Shown: positions 38,149-50,356 of the stretch, piece after piece | Layout of the letters: every line of letters begins with the position of its first letter | Numbering within the stretch: position 1 is the stretch's first letter | From: Eledone cirrhosa | Taxonomy: Eukaryota | Assembly (NCBI GenBank): GCA_964016885.1 | Contig: OZ024762.1 | Span: 19,840,001-19,904,000 of the forward strand | Direction of reading: 5' to 3' | Length of the DNA stretch: 64,000 nucleotides | The notes under the pieces: generated by a model | What the model saw: only the letters and a program-made list of their open reading frames with translations | Database searches by the model: none | Told to the model about the DNA's origin: nothing | Made by a program: the position numbers and the translations under genes

Positions 38149-39114
38149 GGTATGTGTGTGATTTCATTCATTCATTTGTTTCATCTTCATTCAATGAAGA
38201 CCTTATCTTCTTCTACTTCTTCTTCTTCTCTTTCTTCTTCTCCTTCTTCGTCTTCTCCTTTTTCTCCTTCTTTTTAACCTTTTTCTTCCTCCTCTTCTTG
38301 TTCTTGTTCATCTTGTTCTTCTTTTTCTTCTTGTACTTCTTCCTTTTCTTTTCCTTCTTCTTTTCCTTCTTTTTCTTGTACTTCTTACCATCTCCTTTCT
38401 TCTTCCTTTTCTTCTCCCCCTCCTCCTCCTTCAGCAGCAACACTAGGGGAGTAGGAGGAGCAATGTTGACAATAAATGAAGTTTCTAATCAATGTTGACA
38501 ATCTTGTTCTCATTAAGTTCAATTATATCCGGTGTGGCCCTTCACAGCTTAGCACTTGGTGACACTGTTGCCTTCCCTACACCCCCCCTCTCCAGTGGGA
38601 GATGGGGTGGGTGGGGAGTGAGGGAGGGGCTGGGGTGATTTGGAGTGGTGAGTGAGAGAGGGTGGGGTGGAGTGGTGAGTGAGGGAGGGGTGAAGTGGAG
38701 TGGAGAGAGTGTGAGGGGTGGGGTGTAGTGAAGAGTGAGATGGGGGGGGGGGGGGGATGAGAGAGGGCTGAAAGTATTCCAGTTAAATAAATTTTATTTT
38801 GAAGGAAAATATCTGAAATTGGTAGAAACAGAAGATAATGAAATGAAATAGTGATGATGACGATGATGATGATGATGATGATGATGATAGTTAATATAAT
38901 GCTAATTATATTAATTCTTTGTAACACTGGAACAACGCCAGCAATTTCGGAGAAGGAGAAAATCAATTATATCAACCCCAATACATGACTGGTACTTTAT
39001 TTTATTGATAACAAAAGAATAACAGGCAAAGCTGACCTTGGCAGGATGGCAGTTGTGATGATAATGTTGACAACAGCTAAGCTGAAATCATTTTAATATC
39101 AAAAGAAGGTTTAA

Positions 39115-40356
39115 CCCTTTAGCATTTACATTATTCTATATATACTATTGTATTTTCATGGTAAAGGCTTTACCTCACATAATATCTCCCATAATATTTA
39201 CATTACTCTATATATATACTATTGTATTTTCACGGTAAAGGCTTTACCTCTCATAATATCTCACATAACATTTACATTACTCTATATATACTATTGTATT
39301 TTCACAGTAAAGGCTTTACCTCACATAATATCTCACATAACATTTACATTATTCTATATATACTATTGTATTTTCACAGTAAAGGCTTTACCTTACATAA
39401 TATCTCACATAACATTTACATTACTCTATATATACTATTGTATTTTCACAGTAAAGGCTTTACCTTACATAATTATCTCACATAACATTTACATTACTCT
39501 ATATATACTATTGTATTTTCACAGTAAAGGCTTTACCTCACATAATATCTCACATAACATCTACATTACTCTATATATACTATTGTATTTTCACAGTAAA
39601 GGCTTTACCTCACATAATATCTCACATAACATCTACATTACTCTATATATACTATTGTATTTTCACAGTAAAGGCTTTACCTCACATAATATCTCACATA
39701 ACATTTACATTACTCTATATATACTATTGTATTTTCACAGTAAAGGCTTTACCTCACATAATATCTCACATAACATTTACATTACTCTATATATATATTA
39801 TTGTATTTTCACAGTAAAGGCTTTACCTCACATAATATCTCACATAACATTTACATTACTCTATATATATATACTATTGTATTTTCACAGTAAAGGCTTT
39901 ACCTTACATAATTATCTCGCATAATATTTACATTACTCTATATATACTATTGTATTTTCACAGTAAAGGCTTTACCTCACATAATATCTCACATAACATT
40001 TACATTACTCTATATATACTATTGTATTTTCACAGTAAAGGCTTTACCTTACATAATTATCTCACATAACATTTACATTACTCTATATATATATTATTGT
40101 ATTTTCACAGTAAAGGCTTTACCTCACATAATATCTCACATAACATTTACATTACTCTATATATACTATTGTATTTTCACAGTAAAGGCTTTATCTTACA
40201 TGATTATCTCACATAATATCTAATCTAAGAGATTTTGACATTATTTATTTTGATAACGATACCTCAACATCAGTATGAGCAGCCGGTTACAGCTGGTTTG
40301 AACAGAAAGAGGTGAGAGAATTCTGGCCAGATATGGCCGGTTTAAATGCTAAAGGG
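39115..40356 (+). mobile_element. piggyBac-like MITE (family P) with ~15 internal 72-bp repeats
   Basis: TTAA-CCCTTTAGCATTTA ... TAAATGCTAAAGGG-TTCA; TAAAGGCTTTA recurs 15 times. Confidence 0.92.
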
Positions 40357-40664
40357 TTCAAATTAGCCTTCAAACATTAGACCCTGCCTGTTTAAATGCT
40401 AAAACTTTAAGCTTAGCCTTCAAACATTAGATCCTGCCTGTTTAAATACTAAAGAGTTCAGCTTATATGTGAAACATTAGATCTTGCCTGTTTGAATGCT
40501 AAAGGGTAAAGCTTAGCCTTCAAACATTAAATCTTGCTTGTTTGAATGCTAAAGGATAAAGCTTAGCTTAGCCTTCGAACATTAGATCCTGCCTATTTGA
40601 ATGCTAAAGGGTAAAGCTTAGCCTTCGAACATTAGATCCTGCCTGTTTAAATGCTAAAGGGTTC
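40341..40664. repeat. ~50-bp tandem array built from the MITE right TIR plus flank (~7 copies)
   Basis: GTTTAAATGCTAAAGGGT..AGCTTAGCCTTCAAACATTAGATCCTGCCT repeated. Confidence 0.85.
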
Positions 40665-41062
40665 AGGAAAGTAGAGTGTAGATATTATTATAAGGGCGAT
40701 AGATTCACAGTATTGATAGAGTGTCATACACCATGCTTTGTGGCATTGAGTTACGTCCCTTTACGTTCTGAGCTCAGATCCCACCGAGGGTAGCTTTACC
40801 TGTCATCTTTATTCTTTTACCTGTTCCAGCCATCCGGCTGAGGGCATGCTGGGGCACCACCCTTGTTGATACACATTCTATCTCCAGCCTGTGTTGGCTG
40901 GCCATTGGTGTAAGAGGGAGTTTGTTGCTGCTGCCCTTAGGTTACCTTCGTACCATGCTGTTGGCTCGTTAGGAATCCTGGACGGCAGGGTGTCGAGATG
41001 TTTCTTAGAAACATCCACATCCACACCATGCAGATCTCTCAAATTTCATGGCAGCTTGTTAA

Positions 41063-41277
41063 CCCCTTAACATTCACATTATTCTATATTTCCTATTTCA
41101 TGGTAAAAGCTCTATCTTATATATTTATCTCACATAATATCGAATCTATGAGATTTTGATATTATTTATTTTGAGAACAATACCTTAACATAAGTATAAG
41201 TGGCTGGTTATAGCCAGTTTGAACAGAAAGGGGTGAGAGAATTCTGGCCGGATATGGCCGGTTTAAATGCTAGAGGG
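41063..41277 (+). mobile_element. piggyBac-like MITE (family P), single-unit form
   Basis: TTAA on both sides, CCC...GGG termini. Confidence 0.88.
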
Positions 41278-41727
41278 TTAAAGGGTTGAGGGCCTTTGAA
41301 CCCCAGGCTATTGCGGTATCTGCTCCTTATTGCAATAGATAGAAAAAGTACCAGTAATCCACTGAGGTCGACTTATTTGACTTTTCCTCTCCCCCAATAT
41401 TGTTGGCCTTGAGCTTAAATCAGAAACCATTATTTTTTTGCAGCGATGTCGGTGTGGGGGTGGGGGGGGGGGGTAAGAGAATCACCAAAAAAAAAAAAAA
41501 ACCACGGCAACAACACATTTTATTTTTAAAAACTAGATAAATCATTTGAGATCATTATAATGCATTAGAAGGCAACAACAAAATCAATGAAATTATCTGT
41601 AAGGAATAATGATTGGGAAATAACAAAGACTGTCTATCTCATGTGTATATATGTATGTATGTATGTGTGTGCGTGTGTGTGTGTACATATATGTGTGTGT
41701 ATATATATATGTGTGGGTGTGTATATA

Positions 41728-42155
41728 TCATCATCATCATCATCATCAACGTTTAACGTCCGTGTTCCACGCTTGCATGGGTTTGGACGGGGGTAGTCCC
41801 ACTTGAGGCAAGAGTGATTGTCTTGCTCGCATAGGACTGTCTGGCAGGTTTTCTACAGTTGGATGCCCTTCCTAACACCAACCACATTTACAGTGTGGGT
41901 CTGGGAGGTTTTTACCGTGTTGCCTACACGGCCACATTACAGCGTGGACTGTGTGTTTTTTTGTCGTGACACCTACACGATCTCATTTGTTTCGGCCCGG
42001 ATGGCGCGGCACCAACATAACTTTACATAGGACGGGGTGGTGTGGATGGGGTGGGGGTGGTGGTGGTGGGACGGGGTGTATTTTGTTAGAGATGCCTACT
42101 GGCAAGGCGGGTCTTCTCTGTTACTGAGTACCGCCAAAGGTCTCGGTCCAGTGAC
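41728..42155 (-). mobile_element. RTE 3' end (related subfamily)
   Basis: CAT tail and GGATGCCCTTCCTAACACCAACC; sister copy at 45311-45572. Confidence 0.8.
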
Positions 42156-42229
42156 ATTTATATATATATATCTGGGTGTGTATATATACATATATATGTG
42201 TGTTGTGTTTGTGTGTATATATAAAAGAC

Positions 42230-42527
42230 AGAAGACCCGACCCCCCCCCCCCCCCCACGGGTACAAGCCGAAGCTGAAACATATAGACAATATGCCCCCC
42301 ACACCCTCCCATTGCAAAGGGGTCGTGGAGGTGCCACGGCAAGAAAAGCCCCCAGCCCCCACTGTAAATGAGGTTGGTGTTAGGAAGGGCATCCAGCTGT
42401 AGAAATCAAGCCAGAATCAGTTCCTGTATAGGCAAGACAGAGTCAGCTGACCGGACACTGCCCACAACAGGACAACCCGTCTAACCCATGCTAGCGTGGA
42501 AGACCGGATGTAAACCGGTGATGATGA
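42230..42527 (+). mobile_element. RTE 3' UTR fragment
   Basis: Homologous to 48385-48700. Confidence 0.85.
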
Positions 42528-42947
42528 TATATATATGTGTGTATATATATATGTGTGTATGTAGTAAGCATATATATTTGTGTGTATGTATATATATGTA
42601 AGCATATATATTTGTGTATGTATATATATGTAAGCATATATATATATATGTGTATATATATACATATACACATATATATATACACAGATACACACACAAA
42701 TATATATACATACACACACAAATATATACATTCACACACATATATATACATACACACACACACATATATATACACACATACACACACAAATATATATACA
42801 TACACACACAAATATATACATTCACACACATATATACATATACACACATATATATACACACATACACACACAAATATATATACATACACACAAATATATA
42901 CATACACACACAAACATATACATTCACACACATATATATATATACAT

Positions 42948-43005
<58 letters not shown>

Positions 43006-43150
43006 ACACATACACTCACAAATATAATCATTCACACACACATATATATACATGCACACACACATATATATATATGCACACATACACACACAAATATATA
43101 TACATACACACACAAATATATACATACACACACACACACATATATATATG

Positions 43151-43183
<33 letters not shown>

Positions 43184-43651
43184 GCACACATACACACACA
43201 AATATATATACATACACACACACATATATATATATATATGCACACATACACACACAAATATATATACATACACACACATATATATATATATGCACACATA
43301 CGCACACAAATATATATACATACACACACAAATATATACATTCACACACACACACACATATATATATATATTATGTATTAAGTAATTTAACCCAATTTCC
43401 AATAGACAAAGAACGAAGCAGGCTGTTGTATCATTTTATAGAGTTTTTAGAATTAAAATATCTACAAAGCAAGAACACGAAACTTCTTCTTGCAGAATTG
43501 CTGTGTCATCAATATTAGCTTCCTAAAATGTCATCATAACATATATATATATATGTGTATGTGTGTATATATATATGTGTGTGTGTGTATATATACGTAT
43601 ATATATATCTGTGTATGTATATATATATATATATATACATTTACACACATA

Positions 43652-43685
<34 letters not shown>

Positions 43686-43789
43686 TATATGTATATATAT
43701 ATATATGTGTGTGTATATGTATATGTGTATATATATGTATATATATATGTGTATATATATATATATGTGTATATATATATATATATATA

Positions 43790-44670
43790 TCATCATCACC
43801 GTTTTACGTCCGTTCTTCCACGCTAGCATGGGTTAGACGGGTTGTCCTGTTGTGGGCAGTGTCTGGTCGGCTGACCATGCCTTGCTCATACAGGAACTGA
43901 TCTGGCTTGATTTCTACAGCTGGATGCCCTTCCTAACACCAACCTCATTTACAGTGAGTGCTGGGTGCTTTTTCGTGGCGCCTACACGTCCACTTTACAG
44001 TGTGGGCTGGGTGCTTTTTTGCCGTGGCACCTCCACGACCACCTTGCGGTGGGGGGGGGGGGGCATATTGTTTATATGCTTCAGCATGTACCCATGGGAG
44101 GTCGGGTACCCTGTATTACTGCGTGACGCCAGAAGTCACGGTCGTGTGTCATTGACTTTGAGAGGTGTAGTTGGGTAAGGTCGGCTTTTATCACCTCATC
44201 CCAAGTCATCTTGGGTCTCCCCACTCCGCGGTTTCCATCAACTTCTAGTGCTCTGCACCTTTTTATGCAGCTGTCATCCTTCATACGCATCACATGTCCA
44301 TACCAGCGTAACCGCCTCTCCTGCACGCAGCATTTGATTCCTCTTATGCTCAGTCTCTCTCTCAATTCATTTATGCTTTGTCGTTCACGTATATTACTGT
44401 TACACATCCATCGGAGCATGCAGGCTTCGTTTCTCTCTAATCTACGTAAGTCTTCCACCTTCAGCGCCCAGGTCTCACTACCATGCAACATCGCTGTTCG
44501 GATACACGCATCACACAGTCTGCCTTTCATTCTGAGGGAGAAGCCTTTTGCAGCTAGCAGTGGTAGTAGTTCCCTAAACTTCTTCCATCCCGTTCTTACC
44601 CTAGTTATTGTACTTTCTGAGCACCCACCTCCGTTGCTAATTCGGTCACCTAGGTAGCAGAAGCTGTCTA
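43790..44670 (-). mobile_element. Young RTE LINE, 5'-truncated, near-identical to 47821-48702
   Basis: Translation [11 protein letters not shown]...RPPMGTC differs from the long copy at only two residues; same 3' UTR. Confidence 0.95.
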
Positions 44671-44917
44671 GGTGACCGAATATATATATTCGGTCACCGA
44701 ATATATATATATATATACACATATATATAGACACACATATATATATATGTGTGTGTGTGTATATATATATGTGTATATATATGTGTGTGTGTGTGTATAT
44801 ATATGTGTATATATATGTGTGTATGTATATATATATGTGTATATATATGTGTGTGTATATATATATATATATGTGAGTGTATATATGTGTGTATATGTAT
44901 GTGTGTGTGTGTGTGTA

Positions 44918-44956
<39 letters not shown>

Positions 44957-45270
44957 ACATAAAAAATAAGTCAAGGCCGTGTAACTTGGAACAAAAAGAC
45001 TTCTCCAAATACACTGTGGAGGAGGAAAACTTATAGCTGAGGAAAATATATAAATACTGACTCTCTATCTGTTTATTTTGACATATATTATTTATATATA
45101 TACATATATATATATATATGTATATGTGTGTGTGTGTGTTTGTGTGTACAGTATGTATTCATGCAAATATACATATTTAAACACATTCATATATAGTTTT
45201 TATGCCTGCTTTCCATGCTTGCAAAAGAAAAGAGAAAAATGTTGGTACATATATGTGTGTGTGAGTGTGT

Positions 45271-45310
<40 letters not shown>

Positions 45311-45313
<3 letters not shown>

Positions 45314-45572
45314 TCATCATCATCGTTTAACGTCCATGTTCCATGCCTGCGTGGGTTTGGACGGGAGTTTTCACACTTGAGGCAAGAGTGGTTGTCTTGC
45401 TCGCATAGGACTGTCTGGCGGGTTTTCTACAGCTGGATGCCCTTCCTAACACCAAACACGTTTACAGTGTGGGACTGGGAGGTTTTTACCGTGTTGCCTA
45501 CACGGCCACATTACAGCGTGGACTGTGTGTTTTTTTTCGTGACACCTACACAATCTCATTTGTTTCGGCCTG
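45311..45572 (-). mobile_element. RTE 3' UTR fragment (related subfamily)
   Basis: Homologous to 41728-42000. Confidence 0.8.
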
Positions 45573-45573
45573 G

Positions 45574-45605
<32 letters not shown>

Positions 45606-45649
45606 TACTTCAAAATATTTAAAAATATAGACATTCATGTGATCAAATA

Positions 45650-45715
45650 TATTTTATTATACATATTTCAGAGGTACTGAGGTATTTCAACAGTACGTCC
45701 TCATCAGATAAAATA
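45650..45715 (-). ncRNA. Minimal type-I hammerhead ribozyme motif
   Basis: Minus strand: TATTTTAT-CTGATGA-GGAC GTACTG[11-nt loop]CAGTAC CTCT-GAAA-TATGTA-TA-ATAAAATA; perfect 8-bp stem I. Confidence 0.72.
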
Positions 45716-45787
45716 AATTGATGTCTGACATACCTTGACTGTGTTGGTGGTTAAAATTCATTATATATATATATATATATATATAAA

Positions 45788-45830
<43 letters not shown>

Positions 45831-45845
45831 TATATATAAAATCTG

Positions 45846-45903
<58 letters not shown>

Positions 45904-46051
45904 TACATATATCTAAGTAGAACGGATATTTAATTTGTTGGGAATTCAACAAATATAAATGTTTATAACTGATTCAGAACACTCGACAGCTTTCTGGAGT
46001 AAATATTCAATGATATTAAATAAATGGAAACTATATTTATAAAATCATATT

Positions 46052-46113
46052 TATTCTATTATATATATTTCAAGGGTACCAAAAAGTTTGGTACGCTTTC
46101 ATCAGATAAAATA
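46052..46113 (-). ncRNA. Minimal type-I hammerhead ribozyme motif
   Basis: Minus strand: TATTTTAT-CTGATGA-AAGC GTACCAAA CTT TTTGGTAC CCTT-GAAA-TATATA-TA-ATAGAATA. Confidence 0.72.
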
Positions 46114-46186
46114 CAAAGAGTGTTTTATAAATTTTGACATATATTCATACTTACATAAAACTATATATAGATATGTATGTATATAA

Positions 46187-46227
<41 letters not shown>

Positions 46228-46340
46228 TATATGTATATGATTTCTCTTACTTCCAAAAGGACACGTTTTGTGATTTGTAAACAAACTAACTTCTGCTCTC
46301 ACTTTCTTCTTGAAAATTTATATATATATACATATATATA

Positions 46341-46391
<51 letters not shown>

Positions 46392-46444
46392 AATATATAT
46401 ATATATTATATAAATATGCATATATATATGTGCAAATATATATG

Positions 46445-46475
<31 letters not shown>

Positions 46476-46508
46476 ATATATATGTGCAAATATATATGTA
46501 TGTATATA

Positions 46509-46556
<48 letters not shown>

Positions 46557-46558
<2 letters not shown>

Positions 46559-48410
46559 GTGTGTCAGAGATAGTTGTGATGTCATTGGAGAGAAGTGTAT
46601 CCGGAATGATAAAGGTGAGCTTGCCCTCACAAGTGCTGAGAAGAAAGATGCATGGAAGAGTCATTATGATAGATTACTAAATGAGGAGAATGCATGGGAA
46701 GAAGAGACCCTACCCCACGTAGACCCTATAGAGGGACCAGCAGTACAAGTCAGCGGCAGCGTAGTAAGTAAGGCAATCAGAGATATGAAGATAGGGAAGG
46801 CAACCGGTCCATCGGGTATAGCTGCCGAGATGCTGAAGGCATCTGGGTCTGTAGGTCACACTATAACCACACGTATCGTTAACCAGGTAATACTAGAGGG
46901 GGCCATACCAAAAGATTGGTGCAGTAGCATCATTGTCAACTGCTACAAAGGTAAAGGCGATGCACTAGATAGAGGAAACTATAGAGGTATAAAGTTGATG
47001 GACCAGGTCATGAAAGTAACAGAAAGAGTTATAGCACAGCTGATTAGGGACCGGGTGAATATAGACGAGATGCAATTTGGGTTTGTACCAGGGAAAGGCA
47101 CCACTGATGCGCTCTTCCTTGTGAGGCAATTACAGGAAAAGTACCTAGCTAAAAGTAAGCCACTCTACTTGGCATTTGTCGACCTTGAGAAAGCCTTTGA
47201 CAGAGTTCCACGTGCAGTAATCTGGTGGGCTCTTAGAAAACTAGGAGTAGATGAATGGCTTGTGAAAGCGGTACAAGCCATGTATAGGGGAGCAGTCAGC
47301 AAAGTTAGGATTGGCAATGAGTATAGCGAGGAATTTAGCGTACAGGTTGGGGTCCACCAGGGCTCTGTTCTTAGCCCTCTCCTGTTCATCATAGTCCTGC
47401 AGGCAATAACGGAGGAGTTTAAGACCGGATGCCCATGGGAACTCCTGTATGCTGATGACCTCGCACTCATAGCTGAATCTATGGTAGAACTAGAGAATAA
47501 ATTCCAAACCTGGAAGCAGGGACTAGAGAGAAAGGGCCTCAAAGTCAACATGACAAAGACTAAGGTCCTTATAAGTAGACGAGAAAACAGAACCCAGATC
47601 CCCTCAGGGAAATGGCCTTGCTCAGTATGTAGGAAAGGTGTAGGTAGGAACTCCATTCTTTGCCCCAAATGCAAACAATGGGTACACAAGAGATGTAGCG
47701 GGATCTCAGGAAGCTTAATTAAGAATGTAGGATTCACATGCAGCAGCTGTGCTGAAACAGCAAGCAAACAGCCACAGGAAACAAGTACCACCAATCTCTG
47801 GGAGGGCCCTGTAGAAACAGTAGACAGCTTCTGCTACCTAGGTGACCGAATTAGCAACGGAGGTGGGTGCTCAGAAAGTACAATAACTAGGGTAAGAACG
47901 GGATGGAAGAAGTTTAGGGAACTACTACCACTGCTAGCTGCAAAAGGCTTCTCCCTCAGAATGAAAGGCAGACTGTATGATGCGTGTATCCGAACAGCGA
48001 TGTTGCATGGTAGTGAGACCTGGGCGCTGAAGGTGGAAGACTTACGTAGATTAGAGAGAAACGAAGCCTGCATGCTCCGATGGATGTGTAACAGTAATAT
48101 ACGTGAACGACAAAGCATAAATGAATTGAGAGAGAGACTGAGCATAAGAGGAATCAAATGCTGCGTGCAGGAGAGGCGGTTACGCTGGTATGGACATGTG
48201 ATGCGTATGAAGGATGACAGCTACATAAAAAGGTGCAGAGCACTAGAAGTTGATGGAAACCGCGGAGTGGGGAGACCCAAGATGACTTGGGATGAGGTGA
48301 TAAAAGCCGACCTTACCCAACTACACCTCTCAAAGTCAATGACACACGACCGTGACTTCTGGCGTCACGCAGTAATACAGGGTACCCGACCTCCCATGGG
48401 TACATGCTGA
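46557..48410 (+). CDS. RTE-clade LINE ORF, 5'-truncated: reverse transcriptase plus PHD-like finger plus C-terminal domain
   Basis: Uninterrupted frame with [47 protein letters not shown] motifs; no APE endonuclease; first 46 aa of the track ORF are (TA)n artefact. Confidence 0.95.
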
Positions 48411-48714
48411 AGCATATAAACAATATGCCCCCCCCCCCCCACCGCAAGGTGGTCGTGGAGGTGCCACGGCAAAAAAGCACCCAGCCCACACTGTAAAGTG
48501 GACGTGTAGGCGCCACGAAAAAGCACCCAGCACTCACTGTAAATGAGGTTGGTGTTAGGAAGGGCATCCAGCTGTAGAAATCAAGCCAGATCAGTTCCTG
48601 TATGAGCAAGGCATGGTCAGCCGACCAGACACTGCCCACAACAGGACAACCCGTCTAACCCATGCTAGCGTGGAAGAACGGACGTAAAACGGTGATGATG
48701 ATGATGATGATGAT
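46557..48714 (+). mobile_element. Young RTE LINE insertion including 3' UTR and (TGA)n tail
   Basis: ORF followed by ~280-nt UTR ending GGACGTAAAACGG(TGA)n; inserted in TA-rich microsatellite. Confidence 0.95.
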
Positions 48715-48810
48715 GCAAATATATATATATATATTATATAAATATGCATATATATATATATATATATATATGCAAATATATATGTGCAAATATATATGTA
48801 TATATATATA

Positions 48811-48846
<36 letters not shown>

Positions 48847-48871
48847 AATATATATATTATATATGTGCAAA

Positions 48872-48909
<38 letters not shown>

Positions 48910-48915
48910 ATGATG

Positions 48916-48954
<39 letters not shown>

Positions 48955-48992
48955 CATTTTACAATAAATAATAATCTATTTATTATCATCAT

Positions 48993-49039
<47 letters not shown>

Positions 49040-49231
49040 TTGTTGTTGTTGTGGCTGTTTTTTTTTTATATATGGTTATCTGGAAACTACTTTATAAGTA
49101 TGATGTAGAAAGGAAGTGTGTGTTTGTAGAATAACTGTTATAACAATGTCAAACGGATGATGGTTCACTACCCTGAAGTATGTTTCACAATGAAGAGTTT
49201 ATTAATAGTCTTGTAAATGTATGTATGTATG

Positions 49232-49311
49232 TATTGGTTCAAGTATGAAATTTGTAGAAATTTGTAATTTGTTTGCAAATTCCTACAAATTTCATACTTG
49301 ACAACCCAATA
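49232..49311. mobile_element. 80-bp hairpin MITE (Tc1/mariner-like ends)
   Basis: TATTGG.TCAAGTATGAAATTTGTAG ... CTACAAATTTCATACTTGA..CCAATA. Confidence 0.7.
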
Positions 49312-49521
49312 AATATGTTCGTGTGTGTCTATGTATGAATGTGTGTGTGTATATCTATGTATTTATGTCTGTACGTATGTATGTATACATGCATATATAT
49401 ATATATGTATGTATATTTCTATGTGTGTATGTATGTATATTTGTATGTATATATCTGTGTATGCATGATAATGTGTAAATTTCGAAGTATGTATGTGTGT
49501 ATGTATGTTTGTATGCATAAT

Positions 49522-49896
49522 TCTAGGAGAAGGAAAACTCTGATATAACACCTGCAATGCTGATGGTATCCAATGATGTTGACTTGTTCTTCTTTTTGGT
49601 AAATATCATCTTGGTTAAGAGAGTGGGACTGGCTTTGTGCAGTGCCTTTGCTCACTATAAAAGCTTCACGGCACAGGCATTGCTTTATATCTGGAGATCT
49701 CTCTGCACTTATCGTCACATGGTACCATGGGCCCAGCACTATGTGTCAATAATTGTCACAAGTGTAGTGTTTGTACCAGAGTTTTGAAGTCGCTGGCTGG
49801 ACTAAAAAGTCACACTCGTTCAGCGCATCGGTAGGGGTTCTCCTACATGGATATAAAGTAGTGGCCGTACTCGAAAACGAGTTGGCAGCCACCATA
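49522..49896 (+). mobile_element. Bipartite non-autonomous RTE (BovB-like) element
   Basis: 5'-UTR-like TCTAGGAGAAGGAAAACTCTGA joined to a terminal C2H2-like coding remnant CSVCTRVLKSLAGLKSHTRSAH* and a 3' stem-loop. Confidence 0.65.
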
Positions 49897-49987
49897 TATA
49901 TGTATGTAAATTCCTATGTATGTGTGTATATATGCATGTATATTTCTATGTATGTATGTACATATACATCCATATGTATGTATATGT

Positions 49988-50340
49988 GCAGGGACATAGA
50001 AATAGTCGGGCTGGATTCCTGATCGCGTGGTTAAACCACTGGGAGTGAAGGACCCCTAGCCTTTTTCAGGGCATTCTTCTAGGAGAAGGCAACTCAGGAA
50101 ACTGGGATAACTCCGATATAAAACCTGCGGATCAGTGGTTTCCGATGATGTTGATCTTTTCTTCTTTTCGGGTTATAGCTACTGTCGCTGAGAGAGTGGG
50201 ATTGGCTCAGTGCACAGTCTTTCCTCACTTTAAAAAAAATCTTCACCGCACAGCAATTGCACGATAGAATTAATTGATAATTATTAATAATGTTATATCA
50301 TGCAATGGCCATACTTGATAACGAGGGGGCAGCCATCATA
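49988..50340 (+). mobile_element. Related bipartite RTE-derived element
   Basis: Shares TCTAGGAGAAGG, GATGTTGA..TTCTTCTTTT, GAGAGTGGGA.TGGCT and terminal TGGCC.TACT.GA.AACGAG..GGCAGCCA with 49522-49896. Confidence 0.6.
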
Positions 50341-50356
50341 TATACATGTACATATA

